A stretch of DNA of 64,000 nt from Macrostomum lignano (Eukaryota). Below are positions 25,537 through 38,973 of the stretch, one piece after another (the first letter of the stretch is position 1; each line of letters opens with the position of its first letter). The notes under the pieces are model-generated. The model ran no database searches. It saw only the letters and a list, made by a program, of their open reading frames with translations, and was not told where the DNA came from. A program made the position numbers and the translations under genes. Where the stretch lies: the NCBI GenBank assembly GCA_002269645.1, contig NIVC01001673.1, forward strand, positions 188,632 through 252,631. Direction: 5' to 3'.

Positions 25537-26900
25537 CTAACAGGCAGCAGAACAATCGTAAAAATTTAACCCGGCAAATCGCCAACCCAAATTTGAGTCC
25601 CAGTCAACTGAAGCAGCGGTGGCAATGCAGCTCTCAGTTGTCGAGTGCCCAAGTCCCGCAGTCAGCAGGTCCTGCACCAGCTGCAGCCCGATCTCCGGCC
25701 GGTCCGTCGCCACGAAGTGTCCGGTGCCAATCATCGTCCGGTACCTGATTCGGCCACCCAGGTAGGACCTCTGGATGCCTCCGATCTGCAGTCCGTAGCC
25801 CGGCTTTCTCAGACACCAGAACCAGGGGTCCTGACGGCTGACTGGGTCCGGGGGCAGCCGCTCCAGCAGCTGCAGCGTCAACCCCACGGGCAGCATGTAG
25901 TCCAGGACTCCGGTGTACAACAGCACCGGCACGTTGTGATTCGCTAGGCTCTGAAACTCACCCAGGACGTCTCGCACAGACTGGATATACTCACTAAACA
26001 ATGTGTCGTTGCAGATGGTAAAATTCACAGCAAAATTTTCGTTGACGCCAAGAGCTACTCGAGCGTCAGCGTCGTTCAAGAAGCTCGTGAGACCCGTGGA
26101 GTTTAGGTAGAGATAGTTGTCCAGCTGCCCGTCGCTGTAGCACCGCTGGGCGATGTTGTACGGGTTCACTCGGCGGGAGTCCTTCAGGAGAATACATGTA
26201 TATTGCGGCATGGTGCGCTGTTTGTTCTGAAGCATGCAAACAAATTTGAACAGATGATAGAAACTTTGATACCGTCTTCATGACACTGGACCCTCTGTAC
26301 GAGTAGCTGATGCCCATTGCGTCCGTCAGGGCTCTGCGGTGCGATTCAAAGACCGAGTCATTGTACGGCATGTGCAGGCCGTTGCCCACGGCGATGCCCT
26401 TCAGGTTGATGAGGCCGGGACGGTGCCCGCCGTCGATGATGGCGCTGGCCAGCAGCGGGATGTAGATCCCCGCGTAGCTCTCTCCCGCGATGTAGAAGGC
26501 CCGGCCTCGGTACTCGGGGAACAGGCTGTAGAAGTGGAGCAGCGCTCCCAGGTTCAGCCGCGTGGTCGCGTTATCGTTGAGCTCGGTCGGGTCGGTGGGT
26601 CCGGGCTCGCTCAGGCCGACACCGCTGGGCGAGTCGATGTACAGCACGTTGGCCAGCCGGTTCCACGCGAAGTCGTTGCGCTCCAGCTCGGCGCGGTCGT
26701 TCGCCAGGAACGGCCCGTTCGTCATGAGCAGGCCGCCGACCGAGGAGCCGTTCATCCACAGCACGAGAGGAGCCGTCGAGGCGTCCACGTGGGAGCTCTC
26801 GACCAGCCAGTAGAAGAGGCGCCGGCTGCCGCCGCTGCCGCTGCTGGAGGTCAGGTAGCCCGAGTACTGGGTGAAGTTCGGGCGGAACAGCAACCGCGGC
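25537..26900 (-). pseudogene. Serine carboxypeptidase S10, copy B-right (GPGC deleted, GESYAG intact)
   Basis: Mirror of 15031-16394; the difference I found is GGA versus GAA at 26484/15447. Confidence 0.7.
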
Positions 26901-27709
26901 CTGCGCTTGATTATAATTTAGCTGACTGGTTGCCATACCGCTGTGGCACTGTCTTCACTTCGGTAAACCCCAGGTCGGACGAGAGGGTTCGGTCAGCATA
27001 AAGTGATTGCTGTTGGCAATCCTTTCGTTGCAAGACAGACATTCCACTGTTTGCTAAACGCATGATTTTATCAAAAAAATTGTATGAACACAAGGAGCCT
27101 CGGGTACTTTGTTTATATAGAGCCCTTCCGCGTTGGGTCCGACTCCGAACCCCTGATACCAAAGCCTGCCAACCAATAGAAACCCCTCTCTACTCAGAAA
27201 TCGAACCCTTCCGTAGGCCCTTCCACTACTCGGAAATTCCAAGTCATCGGCACCTCTATGCAGTTGCGAACCACATGCCCCTTTCCGACCAATCACATTG
27301 AAACCACATTGAAACCCCTCACCACACACGGGTGAATGACACTCAACCCATGGACACTCACCCACTTCCAGACACTCACCTGCCTGACCCCTCCTCTGGC
27401 TTTCCCCACCCCTCCTGTCCAACCCCACCTCTGGGCTGCCCCATCCTTCTTCCATCCTACCTCACCTCACCCCCAGCCTGCTCGACCCCCTCTATCCTGC
27501 CGCACCCCGCCTCTGGCCTACCCCACCCCACCTGCGGCCTGCCCCAGCCAATCAGCGACGTGCGGCAGACCGTACCATTTTTCTACTACTGAGCTCCTAT
27601 CAGGTATTTTAATCATATGCAACGCCGCGTTCCGCTGTGCTGTGTTGGTAGAGCATTTTTAACAAATTAATTTTTCTAATTTTGAGAACCGACTACTGAG
27701 CCGAATTTT

Positions 27710-28078
27710 ATGTTGTTTTTGTTTTAGTTAAAGGCTGGGGGCTGTGTGCACCCTGGCGCACTTTAAGCGACATTGTCACCCAACCGGCGAGCGGCATTGC
27801 TGCCCATTCCGCTGACTCCCCTGAGCAGGCACACAAGCGTGCGGATATGCACAGGCACACACTCACATAGGAGTGTACAGCGGCCCTAACTTTTTTATCA
27901 TTAGGAATGTACACTTCATTCACTGTGCCTTGGAGCTTGGGGGCGTCGTGCGTTAATTGCATGAGCTGACCCAAGCCGAGATTCCAATTTAGCCCCAAAT
28001 TAATGTGACTGCACTTGGAATCGAGCCTGGGCCGCTGGCACATCAGAGCACCACACTTGACCACTGGGCTACGGCCCC
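27710..28078 (-). mobile_element. tRNA-derived SINE, mirror copy
   Basis: Reverse complement of 13853-14221. Confidence 0.6.
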
Positions 28079-28970
28079 ATGTTGTTTCTGTTAGTTTTCA
28101 ATGTAAGTTCTGGTATGGCTATATACGAATAATTGAAATATAATGCAATTGAAGGCAGTGCATCGACATCATTGACGTTTTCTCTGTACTCTTTTCATTT
28201 CTTTAAACCATGGACAGTTGCGCAATCCCACAATCCTGCGCACGAAAAACGAGTGCATTTTGTCATAGACGCACGGTTTGCCAAAGATCATTGTCTTTTG
28301 ACCACGGACAGTCTATAGGCAATGTTATAAAGCTCAACTTAGCTTCAACGATCGCATCTGTAATCGACTTGTCTCAGAGTCCTCCACTAATTGATATGCG
28401 CAACGCAACAGTGTGTGGATCTAGTGAAGAAGAATTGTTTATCGAAGCTGCTTAAAGCAAATTTGAGAAGGCGAGCGATGAAGGCTGGATCGGTTGTGGA
28501 TTTCATGTTTGACTAAGAATTAGAGTAACTTGTCAGCTCGGATCCGGAAACCATGTGCACGCTTGACGAAACCAAATGCTGTGCAGTTCATTTTCGAGTG
28601 GAGTTTGAGAATGATTTGAGTGTAGACTCATTAACTGTTTGCTCTTCGTTTGTCTCGTCGCTTTGATGTTTATCTTCTTTCATGTTAATATGTTGTGTCT
28701 AAAAATAAATTTGTCTGGTCGTGCAGGAATGAAAAACTCGTTCCTTTAAGATTAGCTAATGTTACTTAAGTGAATTTTTACCATGGACAAAGTCTCGCAC
28801 TCGTTAGTGTTCAAGAATCCTTCCATTCTCTGCCATAGATATTCGATTTCAGTGCGAGTGTACAAATTTTCTTTCAAGTGAATTCTGCAGTTTTTATAAA
28901 GCCGCACTAACTAGGCTTTACCATAGAAATGATCGCATAGTTTCATAGCTGCACCCAAATATACACTGCT

Positions 28971-30167
28971 TTGAGGGTGAGGTCGCTCATCGCAGTACTT
29001 CAGACACCCTCCAACTTTGTCCCACTGGTTCACAGCATCTATGTCAGCAGCCTGCACGCCCGGTTGTCAAGCACCGTAGCCGGCTGCCAGTACGTGCTCG
29101 GCGACCTCGTTGTCGAGAACTTTGGCGTCAACCCGATTACCGAAGCACCGCTGGTCAACGTCATCATCAAGCTGCGCACTGACTTCCTGGACTCTGTCGA
29201 GGAGATCAGCGGCCAGCTGGTGATCAGGCGGGTCAACTTGCAGCGCATCAGCCTGCGGAGTCTGCGCATCATTCAGGGCAAAAACCTGGAGACAAGAGGC
29301 TAGTTCTACGTTCTACAGGTGATGCAGCCAATGTATCCGACTCGGCTGGAGCTGCTCAGCTGAGCGCCAGCCTGTACTGCTATCTGTCGGCGCTCGATCG
29401 ACTGGGCCAACTTGCTGCTGAGTTGCGGCAAATTTAAGCATAAATTTATCGATCAGACCTCCGTTTTAACCATCGGCGACGGGCAGGTCACCTTGATGCG
29501 GTCAACACCGCCTGCTCGTCGGTGGCCAGCTGACATGCCAACTGCAGCCCGCAGGCCTCGGAAAAGAAGCTGTGTTGGTTTAGGCGGGCCCAATGGCTGC
29601 CAGAGCTTTCATGGCTGCCTTGAGCGGTTCCAGTGCAGCAGCTGCTACCGCGATCCGGACACGGGTAGGGAGGAGTGCTGCGATAGCCAGTGCGTAGGCG
29701 GCTGCTCCGGCAGGCCCGAGGCTTGCTCCGCTTGCCGCGGCGTGCGCTTGATGGCGTCTGCAAACGGAACATATTTGTGTGAAAAAGTGCGACAAGAATT
29801 TGCTAACCAGCTCGGACGGTCAGTATTGCTTACCCCAGAGCCCGCCAAATGAGATTCCAACTGACGGTGCGTGATTTGGGATACGAATTCGGCTCTAAGC
29901 GTGAAGGCTCCAATTATGGCCAGCGAGGCCAGTGTGCAGGCTCTGGAATCGCTGCAGGTTTTCTACCGTCGCCTCTTCATCATGCGGGCAGATCGGCTGG
30001 GCGCCGACAACCTGCGATTCGTGTCGGGGAATTTCGGTATCATGTTTCTGAGGGCTCGGTACATCGGACTGGCTCGCCTGCAGCACGCTCACCACCTGCT
30101 GCTGAGAGGCATCTGCGGCCTGTGCAGGGTTTGGTATCTTTGGCAAATTGGCAGTATAAAAGACTGA
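28971..30167 (+). pseudogene. EGFR/insulin-receptor-like ectodomain fragment, mirror copy
   Basis: Same translation and same lesions as 11764-12960 (TAG at 29301-29303). Confidence 0.65.
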
Positions 30168-31240
30168 GTGAACTATAAACTGCTAGTGGCTTGCTGATGT
30201 CGAGGACCTGTTGTGATGTTTAACACGTACTAGAGCATATTGTTACCATTCTGTATTCCTCTAGTACGGATCTGTTTGTTCCTACTTTAGTTATATTTAT
30301 GCGATAAGATGTTTTTAGGATGTTTTCGCTTGTTAACAATGGACAAAATGAAACAGTTTGATAAAACGGGTCAATATCTGAATACACTGAAAGTACGCAG
30401 CACGATTTTAGCAGTGCTTTTTGAATTTCTACAAAGAAATATCAATCAATTTTAAATGATTCGTAGCCGTCTTTTGGACAAGGACTATAATGTAGTCCAC
30501 TAGAGTAGTCCTTGGTGTTGGGCAGAAAATCGACACACGTGAAGCTGTTGCAATAGCTGTTACAATTATTTTGCTATCAGCCCGTACAAGACCTTGATGC
30601 GGTTGCTAACAATGAAATTAAAATAATAATACTCGTGAACACCGCCTGAGGAACATCTGAAACATTGTTGCTGCTACTTGATGCAAAATTCTATTATCCT
30701 TGGATAAAGACAGCGTAAAATAAGCAACACAAAGCAACGCAGGCACATGAACTTCAAGAACATGGGCTGAATTTTGTTGCACACCTTCTGACACAAGAAT
30801 GCAGACCATCGAGATAATCCAAAGTTCTGCCAGGAGGTCGGATTAGTGTATTTAGTACACCCCTGTGCGGCAATCAGCACTGCGTCTCAGTGCGGCCTTA
30901 ACAAGCCTTCAACTTTCATCAGCGCGTCGACCACGTTCTCCTAGTATCTGGCTTTGTTGGTCACTGGCCTTCACCCACGCGGAGCTTTTGGACATTCAAA
31001 AGTGGCACTAGGTGGCTATGGACACCCTGTTGCGAATTTCTCCAGTTTTTCTGATCAAGCCTCGGCGGTGAGCAAACATCAACTGCTGGACATCCTCAGC
31101 TAATCTCTCAAGCGTTCACCACCTCGACGCCGTAAGCACCTTAGCCAGGTGACACCCTTGGTATAGTTCTACTGTTGATGAGCTCCAAATCTCTGTTCAC
31201 GACACGACTGACACTATCGAGCTGAGTTCCATGAAATTTG

Positions 31241-31690
31241 AGCCCTCACTACCGCGCTGAGTCCTCACTACCGCACTGAGCCCTTCACTACCGCGCTGAG
31301 CGACTCACTACCGCACTGAGCCCCTCACTACCGCGCTGAGCCCCTCACTACCGCACTGAGCCCCTCACTACCGCGCTGAGCCCCTCACTACCGCGCTGAG
31401 CCCCTCACTACCGCGCTGAGCCCCTCACTACCGCACTGAGCCCCTCACTACCGCGCTGAGCCCCTCACTACCGCGCTGAGCCCCTCACTACCGCACTGAG
31501 CCCCTCACTACCGCGCTGAGCGACTCACTACCGCACTGAGCCCCTCACTACCGCACTGAGCCCCTCACTACCGCACTGAGCCCCTCACTACCGCACTGAG
31601 CCCCTCACTACCGCGCTGAGCCCCTCACTACCGCGCTGAGGCCCTCACTACCGCGTTGAGCCCCTCACTACCGCGCTGAGCCCCTCACTT
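31241..31690 (-). repeat. 20-bp minisatellite, mirror copy
   Basis: Reverse complement of 10243-10690; the outermost units differ between arms. Confidence 0.95.
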
Positions 31691-32267
31691 ATTGAACCGC
31701 TTACTATTGCGCTGAGCAACTTATACCTTTAGGAGTATTAAGTCTCACAAGGACTCTGCGTTCCTCATTCTGAAGAATTGAAATTTTAGGTTTTTTGGAA
31801 GGCATGACGATTTCTTGGGTGAATAATGGAAATGGCTATAAGTTAGCATACCAAAGTAGAGTCTCTTAAGGAGTCGCATTTTATGTCAGTACGAGCGTAC
31901 GCGAGTATATGGCAGTTTATGGCAGTATGTGAGTGGGGCAGTTCAACACCCAATTGTAGTTGTTGAGGCTCACCTGACACACAAACGGTTGCAAAACATT
32001 ATTAAACGCTGGCTGATAGCTTGCATGCACTTCTCTAATGACTCTCGTCTCGGTCTTTCTACCCCAGGCGGTTTGGGCTGCTGCACACTTATTGTTGTTT
32101 TCGCATCACTGCCTTTTGTAGCTAGCAGTTGTACGTACCCATGCTTTAGTAGGTGGATATAAATATGATAAATATACGGACAGGAGTAGAGAATCCAGAG
32201 CTCAATGGTTACTTAACGTCGAGATAGCAGCTCTCCGCAACCATACATACACCTGTGACCCGCTGAA

Positions 32268-35200
32268 ATGCCGGGCAACGAACCTTCGGCAGAGCCCACG
32301 GAAGATGAGTTGATTTCAGCTCTGGCCTCTAACAACTCGGGCGCTGTTCAAAGTATTATTTCTGGTGGAAAATGTGTTGACCATTTTATTGTGTATAAAG
32401 GTAAACATTTTACGCCGGCAATGATTGCATGCGACTTAGAACGGACAGATCTCCTCATCATATTAATTGAAGCAAAGGTGGATTTGGATAGGCAAAACAG
32501 CGACGGCATCTCAGCTTTGTATCTAGCTTCATACCAAGGCTTTTTTACAATTGTCGAGCTACTAATTCAAGCACAAGTCGATGTCAATCTTCAAACACGT
32601 GAGGGAAAATCATCTCTTTTTGCAGCATCGCAGCACGGTCATCATCAAGTGGCTAAGCTGCTCATAAAAGCCCAAGCCGATATTGATCTTGCCTATTGTT
32701 CTCCTCTTTACATGGCGGCGCAGGAGGGTCATTGCAAGGTTATTGAGTCGCTAGTCAGAGCGCAAGCTGAAGTAAATCTTCAAACAGTGATCGGCTCCAC
32801 GCCACTGTACGTTGCCTCGCTTGAGGATCGGTATCAAGCAGTAGAATTGCTCATTAAAGCACAAGCTGATGTCGACCTTCAGGATTTTGATGGGTTTTCG
32901 CCCCTATACATCGCTTCAGAGCAGGGCTATCTAAAGGTGGTGAACTCACTAATCGGAGGAAAAGCTGACGTAAATCTTCAAGATTCTAAAGGCTGCTCAC
33001 CGATATTCGCAGCGTGTCAGCAAGGGCATTACCAAGTAGTCGAGTCTCTCTTGAAAGCCCAAGCCGATGTCACCAGTGCAAATGGCGCAGGAAAGACACC
33101 TTTAGATATTGCTTCACAAAACAATCACTATCAGACTGTCAAGTTAATTATCGAGTTCTGCATTCGTAATGGCATCCAAGGCAGCTATTTAAAACAGGGT
33201 CTGAGATGTGCCGAAGAGTTTGAGAATGACCGTGTTGTGGAACTGTTTCATGCTGCCACGTCACTGGATGACTCTGGAATAAACGTTGAAAAGTAAGTGC
33301 TGCATTTTTGATAGCTGATTTGATTACTTATGGGTAGCTGGGAGGGAGAATGAATCCAACCCTCGCGCTCACTTCTTGGGTTACATCACGCAGCATGGGC
33401 CATATTACGCAGGTTCAGGACTCAGGTGCTGGCCTGAAGGCTCGTGCGATTTTCACTCATGTGGACCGACCCTCAAGCTTCAGAATATACATACAGACGA
33501 TGCCGAGAGCAGATATACAGCTCTGCGTGTGTGCCTGAGTACATATTCGCTCAGGTGCTCAGGTGCCGTCCGAGGAACGTCCATAGTTACTTTCCCCTCG
33601 CTGGATGTTTGTCGATGTGCAAACTGCATGTCATCTACGAGCTACTGACTTAAAATTCTTTATCTTAACGCCCCGATTTTAGAGCGCATGTGAAACATAT
33701 ATTACCACTGCTTTCATCCTACAGACAGACGCACAGTGATGAGGAACTAAGCCAGCTGCTTCACTTAGCCCTGTCTAAATCGGGTTTCGTGCAATCCCGT
33801 GCTGTTTTTCAAAGTTCGACCGCAGATTTTCTTCAAGATATTCTTTTTAAAAGATATCATACGGACGAGTACTTTGTCGTCGGCAGCTTCGCTGAAGGCT
33901 GGGGCAACAGCCTGGTCACTCTGGATGGTAGAACTGACTTCGACTCTGACGTTGACGTGATGTGGCTCACTCATGGAAAACCCTTTCACCTGAAAGACTT
34001 TTGCGAGTGCGCTGACAGAAGTGAGCGGACAGTAGAGTACTGCAAGGGGCACATTTTGTGCTCTGGATTTGGTAAGAGTGCTGATGTCACTTTCTCCGCT
34101 ACTACATTGTTTTGAAATAGAGCATTAATCAGACAAGCATACATACAAGCATACATACCTAAGCAGTACAATCCAAAAATTTCAGCATCGAATCCAGCCC
34201 GCTCATATCTGGGGTTCAACCAGAGGCCGACTTTGGACGAGGTGCCGGCGCATCGCCTCTGCCGCTACCCGCCTATTGCTCCACTGCAGCCAGACAGAGT
34301 TGCGAAGTCCAACATCTTCCCAGCCGTGCTGCAGTCGATCCAGCGCGATGTTACTTCAGCCTCGTCACACTGTCACATAGTGCACGCAGCTCCCCCTGGT
34401 AAGGCCGGTGAGCAGCTTCGAGTGAGCACCAGCTTCCTTGAGAGGCGGCTGTTACGAAGTCTGACCACTCTACAGGGTCAAATGTTTGTCATTCTGAAGT
34501 GGCTACTCAAAAAGGCAATCTGCCACAATGGCTTCAGGACGTATCATGCAAAGACAATCACGTTCCGTATGCTAGAAGAGACGCCACCTGATCAGTGGAA
34601 ATCAGAGAACCTGGTGAATCTCACGAGACGTTCGCTGCAGATTTTGATTGACAGTGTTGAGAACGCCTGTAGGTCAGGCTATTTGGATGGTCGGATTATG
34701 GACCACTTCTTCTTGAGCGATGCAGCTGTCTACCTAAAAGGCGCGGACCCAAACTCAGCCGACAGTGTGCGGGAATCACTGCACCAAGCATCAAGTGCAG
34801 CGAAGGACATTGTCGCTAGGCTGCCTGAGCTGCTAATTTATTTCAAGGACAGTCTGCAACCAATCAATGAATTCGGTCGATTTTACTTCAATCCATTCCT
34901 AATTCTTTCGCTACTTCCAGCTCATCATAGCACGCTTGTTTCAAGCGCCACCAAGTGCGAGTACCATGAGATTTATGACGTGCTGTTGGAAGCCATGCGT
35001 CGTCTGCCAGCTGTGGACGGCAATGCAGAGTCTCTCATGGATTTGATTGACAAGCTCCCAGACTGTGCTCGATCAGCGCGAGAGTCTGTCAGAGCAATTA
35101 TTTGCCTTCAGTTGGGTAAAAGAGACGCTGCAGCGGATATTTTGAAAAGTCTCAAGGGCTTCAGCGCAAGTAGAGGCATTGATTGGCCGGCTGAAAGATC

Positions 35201-35609
35201 AGCCAGCGAAGCGACTGTGGAGTTCGTTTTGCAGCACCTGAAGAGTCAAGACTCTGTTTTGAAGCTTTGCTTTCGCACTAATCGGCGTCCGATTTTTCCT
35301 TTTAGAAATAAAAATATTGCCAATGTATTTCCTCTAGTTGTTAAGCATTACATCGGCTTACAGTACATGAACTTTGAAGCCCTGTTCCATGCTCTCCGAC
35401 TAGAGCTAGAAGAGCCGATGGACGCGATCACCCGAGACTGGATTCGAGATGTTGCGGAAAGAGAAGATGCTGATGAACAGGAGCTGGTTGTGGCTGTGGA
35501 GAGTTGCGAAGATCTGCAACTGCTGAGGATGTTGCGGAGAAGAAGTTCTAAGGTATTGGGTGACGTGCCACCATGGCTTGAAGAAAAATACAAACGTTTT
35601 CTAAACTGA
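32268..35609 (+). CDS. Ankyrin-repeat + Mab-21/cGAS-like nucleotidyltransferase (cGLR-like), right copy; exons 32268-33292, 33725-34071, 34186-35609; predicted 931 aa
   Basis: Eight clear ANK repeats. The ANK ORF's TAA lies inside a GTAAGT donor (33293, phase 2) matched by CCTACAG|A at 33725. Exon 2 carries VVGSFAEGWG...DFDSDVDVM. Phase-1 intron 34072-34185. Exon 3 carries LDEVPA and LRVSTSFLERRLL...ILKWLL...TYHAKT...W (Mab-21 C-lobe). Exon lengths 1025+347+1424 = 2796 nt, an open frame. Confidence 0.85.
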
Positions 35610-36471
35610 CCGGCGTTTGGTTTCCTAGCAAGAATTGCTTTGGTGCTACGACCGAGTAATCCTGCGAGTTTGAACAGCTGCAAAATTCCATCGTTTTACA
35701 ACTTTGAATTATTAATTTTTTAATAACTTTTTTAAATAAGAGATGCTTATGAATATTTCACGTAGATATTTTTATCTGACCAAACCGACTGGAATCAATA
35801 GCCGGTCAAACAAGTTGATTAGAAACGCCGAGCCATCCTACCCAGCTTTTGAGCTTTATTCCCTATTTTGCTTAGAACTGCAATTCGTTCAGTTAAAAAC
35901 ATGCTAAGATGAACGCCAAGTCGGTTCACACTAAGCAGGCGGATAGACTGGGATGTCTCGGCGTTTCTAGTCGACTGGTCCGGTCAGCTAAGCCAGATAT
36001 CTATTCCAGACGCTCTGGTCCGCTGCCGTGTTTTGGGTTCCATTCCAGCGCTTACGCTGCTGACATCCCTTTAAAGGCAGTTGCAGCACAAACTTCATGT
36101 ACCCGCAGCTATTCTACTTCAGCCTTACCATGAAGTACCACAGCCTTACTGTCAAGCAGTCTTTAACAGAGCAAGCTGGAGTGGAAATCCATCTGGAATC
36201 CGGAATCCAGAATCTGGATTTTGTATTTAATGGGGGTCATTTTGTGTATATTTTATTACCTGTGATTATTCCAATATCTTCATTTCCAAAAGTTTGAGTT
36301 TCATTCATTGTTCTGTTCAAATACATTTTGCTCTGTTCTGTTGAGGATTCAATGTTAGTTTAGAGACCAACTTTGAAAGGTTTCCGTATTTCCAATCCAC
36401 CCGGACGAAACAAGTTTTTTTCTCATTTTGGTTGCGTATTGGGCTATAATGACGGAACACCCTCGGTAACT

Positions 36472-38973
36472 GGGTCTATGAAATTTGCTAGCAGGAAATC
36501 TGCTAGCCGAAGTTTGCTAGCGAGAAATTTGCTTGCCGAAATGTGCTAGCCGAAATGTGCTAGCCGAAATGTGCTAGCCGAAATGTGCTAGCCGAAATGT
36601 GCTAGCCGAAATGTGCTAGCCGAAATGTGCTAGCCGAAATGTGCTAGCCGAAATGTGCTAGCCGAAATGTGCTAGCCGAAATGTGCTAGCCGAAATGTGC
36701 TAGCCGAAATGTGCTAGCCGAAATGTGCTAGCCGAAATGTGCTAGCCGAAATGTGCTAGCCGAAATGTGCTAGCCGAAATGTGCTAGCCGAAATGTGCTA
36801 GCCGAAATGTGCTAGCCGAAGTTTGCTAGCCGAAGTTTGCTAGCCATCCGCTAGCCGAAATCTGCTAGCCGAAATGTGCTAGCCGAAATTTGCTAGCCGA
36901 AATCTGCTAGCGATAATCTAACCAAAACCGGCGAGCAGCAATTTACGAAGTTGTAATTTGCTAGAGACATTTTTTCTTGTCCAATTTCGCAAGAAACTTT
37001 GCAGGACTTATCATGCATGACAAATAAATTTGCGTTTTTCGCTCTAATGACTCTCTTTGTCGTGCTTATTAGCAGTGATCTGCAAATTGCAATATATAAT
37101 AATAATTGCAGCCTGCATTGTTGTATCGTAATATAATGCAATTAAAAATTACTAAATCAGAAATTTCTTTGTAGCTAGCACTCGTATGACAAGAAGTTGT
37201 TTTGTTTTCCCGCTCTCGGTAGTCAGAGTAAATTAAGAAGGCAATCTGTTGTGGGGACGACTTAATCTGGACGACTTAATCTGCCACCTAGCCTTCGCCG
37301 TGGGTTCTCGTACATGTACGTGTTAAAACGCAATCAGTAGATGACGTCATAGACAAAAAGAAAATAAGATTTAGGTTTTAACGTAGGTGGATTAACGTAG
37401 GGCCAAACCCATAGAGTTGTAATGAGCAAAGGCAGCGCTAAAGAATAAATAAAAAAGAACGAAAGAAGGCGAAGTAAGCCGCGAGAGCATGCAGCTTGAT
37501 TGTCAAGTGAAAGTGATTCAATAATCGACTCCGAGCTAACACTATTGAATAAAGTAAATATATTGCATCCATGATCACAGGGTAAGAGCTTGTGGGCCAC
37601 ACCTGCATAGAGTTTTTGCTTGCTTGTACACAGTGCCGTAAGCGATGGAAAATATCTATACATTAACAATACATATAGCTATAGTAAATTGTACCTTGGA
37701 CAATTTGTAAATTGTATGCTAAAGTACTGTATATGCTAAAACTGCACTTGGAAATCGTCAAAATCATTTATATTTTTTGTCCTATTTTACTCGTAGACAT
37801 TTGATGTTTTAGCATTATCAGCTGTAAGGCCGTAGTTTAGGTAGCTCAGGCAGCTGTAGTTCAGGTAGTTAAATTTAAACTTATCTATACACACAACTTT
37901 CAGTCTTAATGGCTGATAGTGGCAGTATATGGTATATAAGTTATATATTTACTCGTACGAATCAAAGCAGCTCAAATCGGAATCAAAACACAGCAAACAA
38001 CATGCAACAGCTACGAGAGCAAGGCAGCTAGCAAAATCCTCGCTAGCAAAATTCCTGCTAGCAAACTTCAGCTAGCAAACTTCGGCTAGCAAACTTCGGC
38101 TAGCACATTTCGGCTAGCACATTTCGGCTAGCACATTTCGGCTAGCACATTTCGGCTAGCAGATTTCGGCTAGCACACTTCGGCTAGCAAACTTCGGCTA
38201 GCACATTTCGGCTAGCACATTTCGGCTAGCACATTTCGGCTAGCACATTTCGGCTAGCACATTTCGGCTAGCACATTTCGGCTAGCACATTTCGGCTAGC
38301 ACATTTCGGCTAGCACATTTCGGCTAGCACATTTCGGCTAGCACATTTCGGCTAGCACATTTCGGCTAGCACATTTCGGCTAGCACATTTCGGCTAGCAC
38401 ATTTCGGCTAGCACATTTCGGCTAGCACATTTCGGCTAGCACATTTCGGCTAGCACATTTCGGCTAGCACATTTCGGCTAGCACATTTCGGCTAGCACAT
38501 TTCGGCTAGCAGATTTCGGCTAGCACATTTCGGCTGGCAAACTTTGGCTAGCAGATTTCGGCTAGCACATTTCGGCTAGCACATTTCGGCTAGCACATTT
38601 CGGCTAGCACATTTCGGCTAGCACATTTCGGCTAGCACATTTCGGCTAGCACATTTCGGCTAGCACATTTCGGCTAGCACATTTCGGCTAGCACATTTCG
38701 GCTAGCACATTTCGGCTAGCACATTTCGGCTAGCACATTTCGGCTAGCACATTTCGGCTAGCACATTTCGGCTAGCACATTTCGGCTAGCACATTTCGGC
38801 TAGCACATTTCGGCTAGCACATTTCGGCTAGCACATTTCGGCTAGCACATTTCGGCTAGCACATTTCGGCTAGCACATTTCGGCTAGCACATTTCGGCTA
38901 GCACATTTCGGCTAGCACATTTCGGCTAGCACATTTCGGCTAGCACATTTCGGCTAGCAGATCTCGTACTCCC
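36472..38973. mobile_element. Non-autonomous foldback-type (MULE-like) DNA transposon whose long inverted arms are 14-bp tandem repeats
   Basis: TCGGTAACT duplicated at 36463-36471 and 38974-38982; single (empty) site in the left arm at 5477-5485. Termini GGG...CCC match at 16/21. (gctagccgaaatgt)n at ~36485-36910 and inverted at ~38035-38960; AT-rich core without a transposase ORF. Confidence 0.8.

Noticed and set aside
33350-33653. Small ORFs between the ANK and Mab-21 exons (mirror 8279-8583)
   Set aside because: They fall inside the predicted intron 33293-33724, have no recognisable motif and differ by an indel between arms.
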